Source of the DNA: the human T2T-CHM13v2.0 reference genome, Homo sapiens
DNA: 64,000 nucleotides
Reading direction: 5' to 3' (one strand)
Assembly: GCF_009914755.1 (NCBI RefSeq)
Contig: NC_060932.1
Below, one piece after another: positions 60,073 to 64,000 of this stretch. How positions within the stretch are numbered: position 1 is the stretch's first letter; each line of letters begins with the position of its first letter. The notes under the pieces are model-generated. The model did no database searches and was not told where the DNA came from. It saw nothing but the letters and a program-made list of their open reading frames with translations. Made by a program: the position numbers and the translations under genes.

Positions 60073-60438
60073 CTGATATGATTTGGCTGTATCTTCACCC
60101 ACATCTCATTTTGTATTGTAGCTCCCATAATTCCCACGTGTTGTAGGAGGGACCCAGTGGGAGATAACTGAATCATTGGGGAGGATTCCCCCATACTGTT
60201 CTCGTGGTAGTGGGTAAGTCTCCTGAGACCTGATAGTTTTATAAGGGGAAATCCCTTTTGCTTGGATCTCATTTTTTCTCTTGTCTCCCGCCATGTGAGA
60301 TGTGCCTTTTGCCTTCCACCATGATTATGAGGCCTCCCCAGCCACGTGGAACTGTGAGTCCATTAAACCTCTTTTTCGTTATAAATTACACAGTCTCGGG
60401 TATGTCTTTATCAGCAGCATGAAAATGGACTAATACAC
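60073..60438 (+). mobile_element. THE1B-like solo LTR
   Basis: tgatatgatttggctgt...atggactaataca; flanked by catgc on both sides. Confidence 0.92.
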
Positions 60439-61579
60439 ATGCATTTCTAGCATCTCCTGCATCTGATGTAGTCACTTTATTACAATGAGAAGTGATATTC
60501 TCTTTGAGAATACAATGAGATAAATTTATAATTTCTGCATATTTCATTAGCTTTCCACTGTACACACATTTCTTTTGAAACCTTCATCTTGGCATTCAAA
60601 GGTCTCTTCAATGTCACATCAATCTACTTTTCCAATCTCATCTTTAAAAATCACCAATTCAGAATTTTCATTCAAGATTTACCATTTTCAGTCCTCTAAC
60701 ACAGAGCATGAAAACCCTAACTCTTGGGTCTGTTTTGCATAGATACAATTCCTTTATTTAAAACCTAGTTTACCACCGCTCCATAAGAACGTTTTTGACT
60801 ATTCTGGTTCATGTTGACTTTTGCAGTCTCTGTTGTCCTGAAGTTTATCATGTAACTCATTTTATATTGTGATGTGTTTTGCAAGATGTCATTTTAAGAA
60901 TACTAATTTCCAAAATTTTATGTCAGGAATAATAATTCCCAAAACTTTGTAAAATTTTAGGCACAACATGCATGTATGCAAGGCCACCCTGAATAGCAGA
61001 CAGCCGTAGGGTTGCCCTCTTTGCTCATCAGCACAACCACTCTTCAAATATCTTGACAGTGCTCTCTTCTTACCTCTCTACCTCCATTTTCTTTTAAATA
61101 TGTGATAATTTATGCTTCCACTTCATCTCTGCCTTACTTTCCCTTGGATCCGCCTACCTAACGTTCTCATTTCTCATCTCGCTCCAGCACTGGTCCAAGG
61201 AAGGTGTGCTCTGGCAGTGCAGGTGGTGATAAGGGATAAGGGAGGGGAAAATCCAAGCCTTTATCAAGCTCTTCCTTATCCTACACCTCTGTCACTGATT
61301 CTTTATTTCCAGGAATTATTCCGGCTTTGCCCTGTCTGCTTTGCCTCTTCCTCTTTCTCCTGACACAACACTCAATAATGCACTCTGGTCTACCACACCA
61401 AACTTGACAGTACTCTAGCCCAAATTTTACCTTTTTTTTTTTCTTTTTTTTTGCCGTTTAAGAGAACAGTGAAAATTTATCTTTAAGAATCCATGTGTAA
61501 CCTCGTTTTTATCTACTGTGTCAATGGAGAGATCAACATTTCTTTCAGTATTGATTGAAATGGTGAGATGGAAAGGTGA

Positions 61580-61800
61580 TAACGTGTACTAAATGCTAAC
61601 AATACGCCAGGCAATATTTTAGGCATTGTATAGGTATTGGCTCGATAATCACTATAATCTGAGGAGATGGGTGTTGTAGTTACTTGTATTGTACAGATGT
61701 AGAACCTGAGGCATAGAATTAAGAAACTTGTCCCAAATTATACAAATATTAAGCAACAGGATAAAATATCAGACGATCTGGCCCCAAAGCCAGTTCTCCG
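61580..61800 (-). mobile_element. MIR
   Basis: tgtacagatgtagaacctgaggcataga...aacttgtcccaa. Confidence 0.6.
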
Positions 61801-62006
61801 ATCCTCTGTGATATGGCTTTATGTGCTACAACTTCCAACAGAAAGGAAGGAAGCACAAGTTCCCTAGAACTTTATGAGTAAAGAAATGATGTATCTAGGA
61901 GGCTGTCTAGGATAAGCAGTAACCCCAGGTGTTTATACAACATTTTACCCTTTGACTCTCTGAGGAGTTCATCTTTGCTCTTCACCCTGCTGGAGTCCTT
62001 GCCTCA

Positions 62007-62374
<368 letters not shown>

Positions 62375-62861
62375 TTCTTTAAATGCCCCCATGTGTTACC
62401 CATGTTAGATTGTGTTTCTAGGACTCTTTGTCTACACACTTTATTTCAGGTAATTTACGGACCAACAAAATTTATTGTTTTGTTACAAGTCAATGGGAAA
62501 TTCCTTTGCATTCTAACCAAATGTTTAAAAGATAAAGTCAGCAATGCCTATGTTTCTTCCATCACATTACATAACTCTAAACATAGCAGATGTTGGGAGA
62601 AACTTGCTGGGTGCCTACTGGATTCGACTGACAGATACCTCGTGATTTAAGTTCACTTTCCTCTGCCCCCTTACCTCAACCACCATTTCACAAACAGATG
62701 CCACCACTTACTAAGGAGTCAAGAGGGAGGCTGCTCTCACCATCCCAAGAAAAATGAACAATAAATATGTGTATTTGAGATTCTGAATTCTTCCTTAAGC
62801 TGCTGCACAGAAAACACTCCTTACTGGTGAGGTTTCATTCAAGCTGATGTATTCCAGTCTC

Positions 62862-62901
62862 CTTTCATTTAGTGCCTAAGACTTTCATTTAGTGTCCAAG
62901 A
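62862..62901. repeat. 20-bp tandem duplication
   Basis: ctttcatttagtgcctaaga / ctttcatttagtgtccaaga, 18/20 identical. Confidence 0.85.
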
Positions 62902-64000
62902 CTGAATGAGACTGCCCTGTTGGGCAGGAGAAGTGGAAGAACAACAACAGAACAAGTAAAAACCAGCCTTCTCTTTGCACAACTCTAATTGTTCGGCCCT
63001 TTATTTTAGGATGTAAAAGTATAAATTTACTTAAACTATTTTCATGACCTTTTGCTCAAGTAGTTAACAAACGATTAAATAGTAATCTAAAAACAAATGT
63101 TTTAGTAAGAAAATAAAAAGATGCAATGAAGGACCTTGAAACAAACAATAAGGTAGCCATTCCTGTTTTTTAGAAAGGAAAAACAAAACACTTTTATTCA
63201 TACACATTCATAACTGCCTAAATGATTACTTTTTCATAAATGTAACAGTGAGAATGAGAAAACATCAAATTACTTTTCCTGAAACTTGCATAAGCAAAAG
63301 AAAAGATGTATAATGCAGTTCTACTCCTGAGCAAAATGTCCCTCATTAATAGAGTAATAGATCGTATTAATTCTACTTTTATAAAGAGAAATGGACATGG
63401 ACAAATTTAGCACAAATTTTCCTAATGAATAAAAAAGGCAAATAGTAGTATACATAGTCATATTTTTCCATTTATTGCTACACATGATCTTCATTTCAAG
63501 TAATCACACCATTATAATTGTGTAAGGATTGCACAAATATCACCTTAGAATAAATGAGATGGTTTTAAACGTCAACATGGGAACAGCTTGCGCACTCCCC
63601 TTCTTGGTTGTAAGGTCTAATACAAATTTTTGTGGCATTTTTAGATAGATCAGAAGAAAATTTAATCTGGTATTTACACTGACCTTACATTGACTCTCTA
63701 CATAGTCTGCATTCACGGGGTGGAAAGATGAATTTGTGATGTAAAAGTCCCTGCCTGCTCCTCCTGCCTTGGTCCAAGAGAGAAAAGATGTACCCAACAC
63801 TCTCATCCTTGGTTCTTGGATCCCACTGAATGGAACTGGCTCAAAGAAATCCTTCCGATTTAGCTTAAAATATAAATTATTTGAAAAGGACTGATGCTAT
63901 TGAACCGCTTCAGTTTCCCTAACGTTATATGAGAACCCAAAGACAACAATTGTTCAGCAGGGACCACAGATTGATTTATGTGCAAGATTTATTTTCCTGC

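Noticed and set aside
63540-63806. 88-aa ORF or possible exon in unique sequence
   Set aside because: No recognisable homology or convincing splice acceptor; cannot be supported.

Overview
AT-rich, repeat-dense primate (human-like) genomic DNA. I can support no intact protein-coding gene, RNA gene or CRISPR array; the ORF track is almost entirely repeat-derived or noise. Main contents: (1) a decayed class III endogenous retrovirus on the minus strand (LTR40/HERVL40-like, about 2759-8510) with two LTRs, a PBS, a PPT, pol remnants and an env TM remnant; (2) a processed PPM1A (PP2C-alpha) pseudogene on the minus strand (CDS 14447-15581); (3) many L1s, four with 5' inversions (twin priming), plus Alu, MaLR/ERV LTR, MER, L2 and MIR elements. 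The most unusual structure is the PPM1A copy: it has no poly(A) tail and no TSD of its own, sits exactly in the inversion junction of an L1, and one TSD pair brackets the whole L1(inverted)-PPM1A-L1(3') unit. This suggests a single retrotransposition event combining twin priming with a template switch to a cellular mRNA. Subfamily names come from recalled consensus sequences and boundaries of old repeats are approximate.
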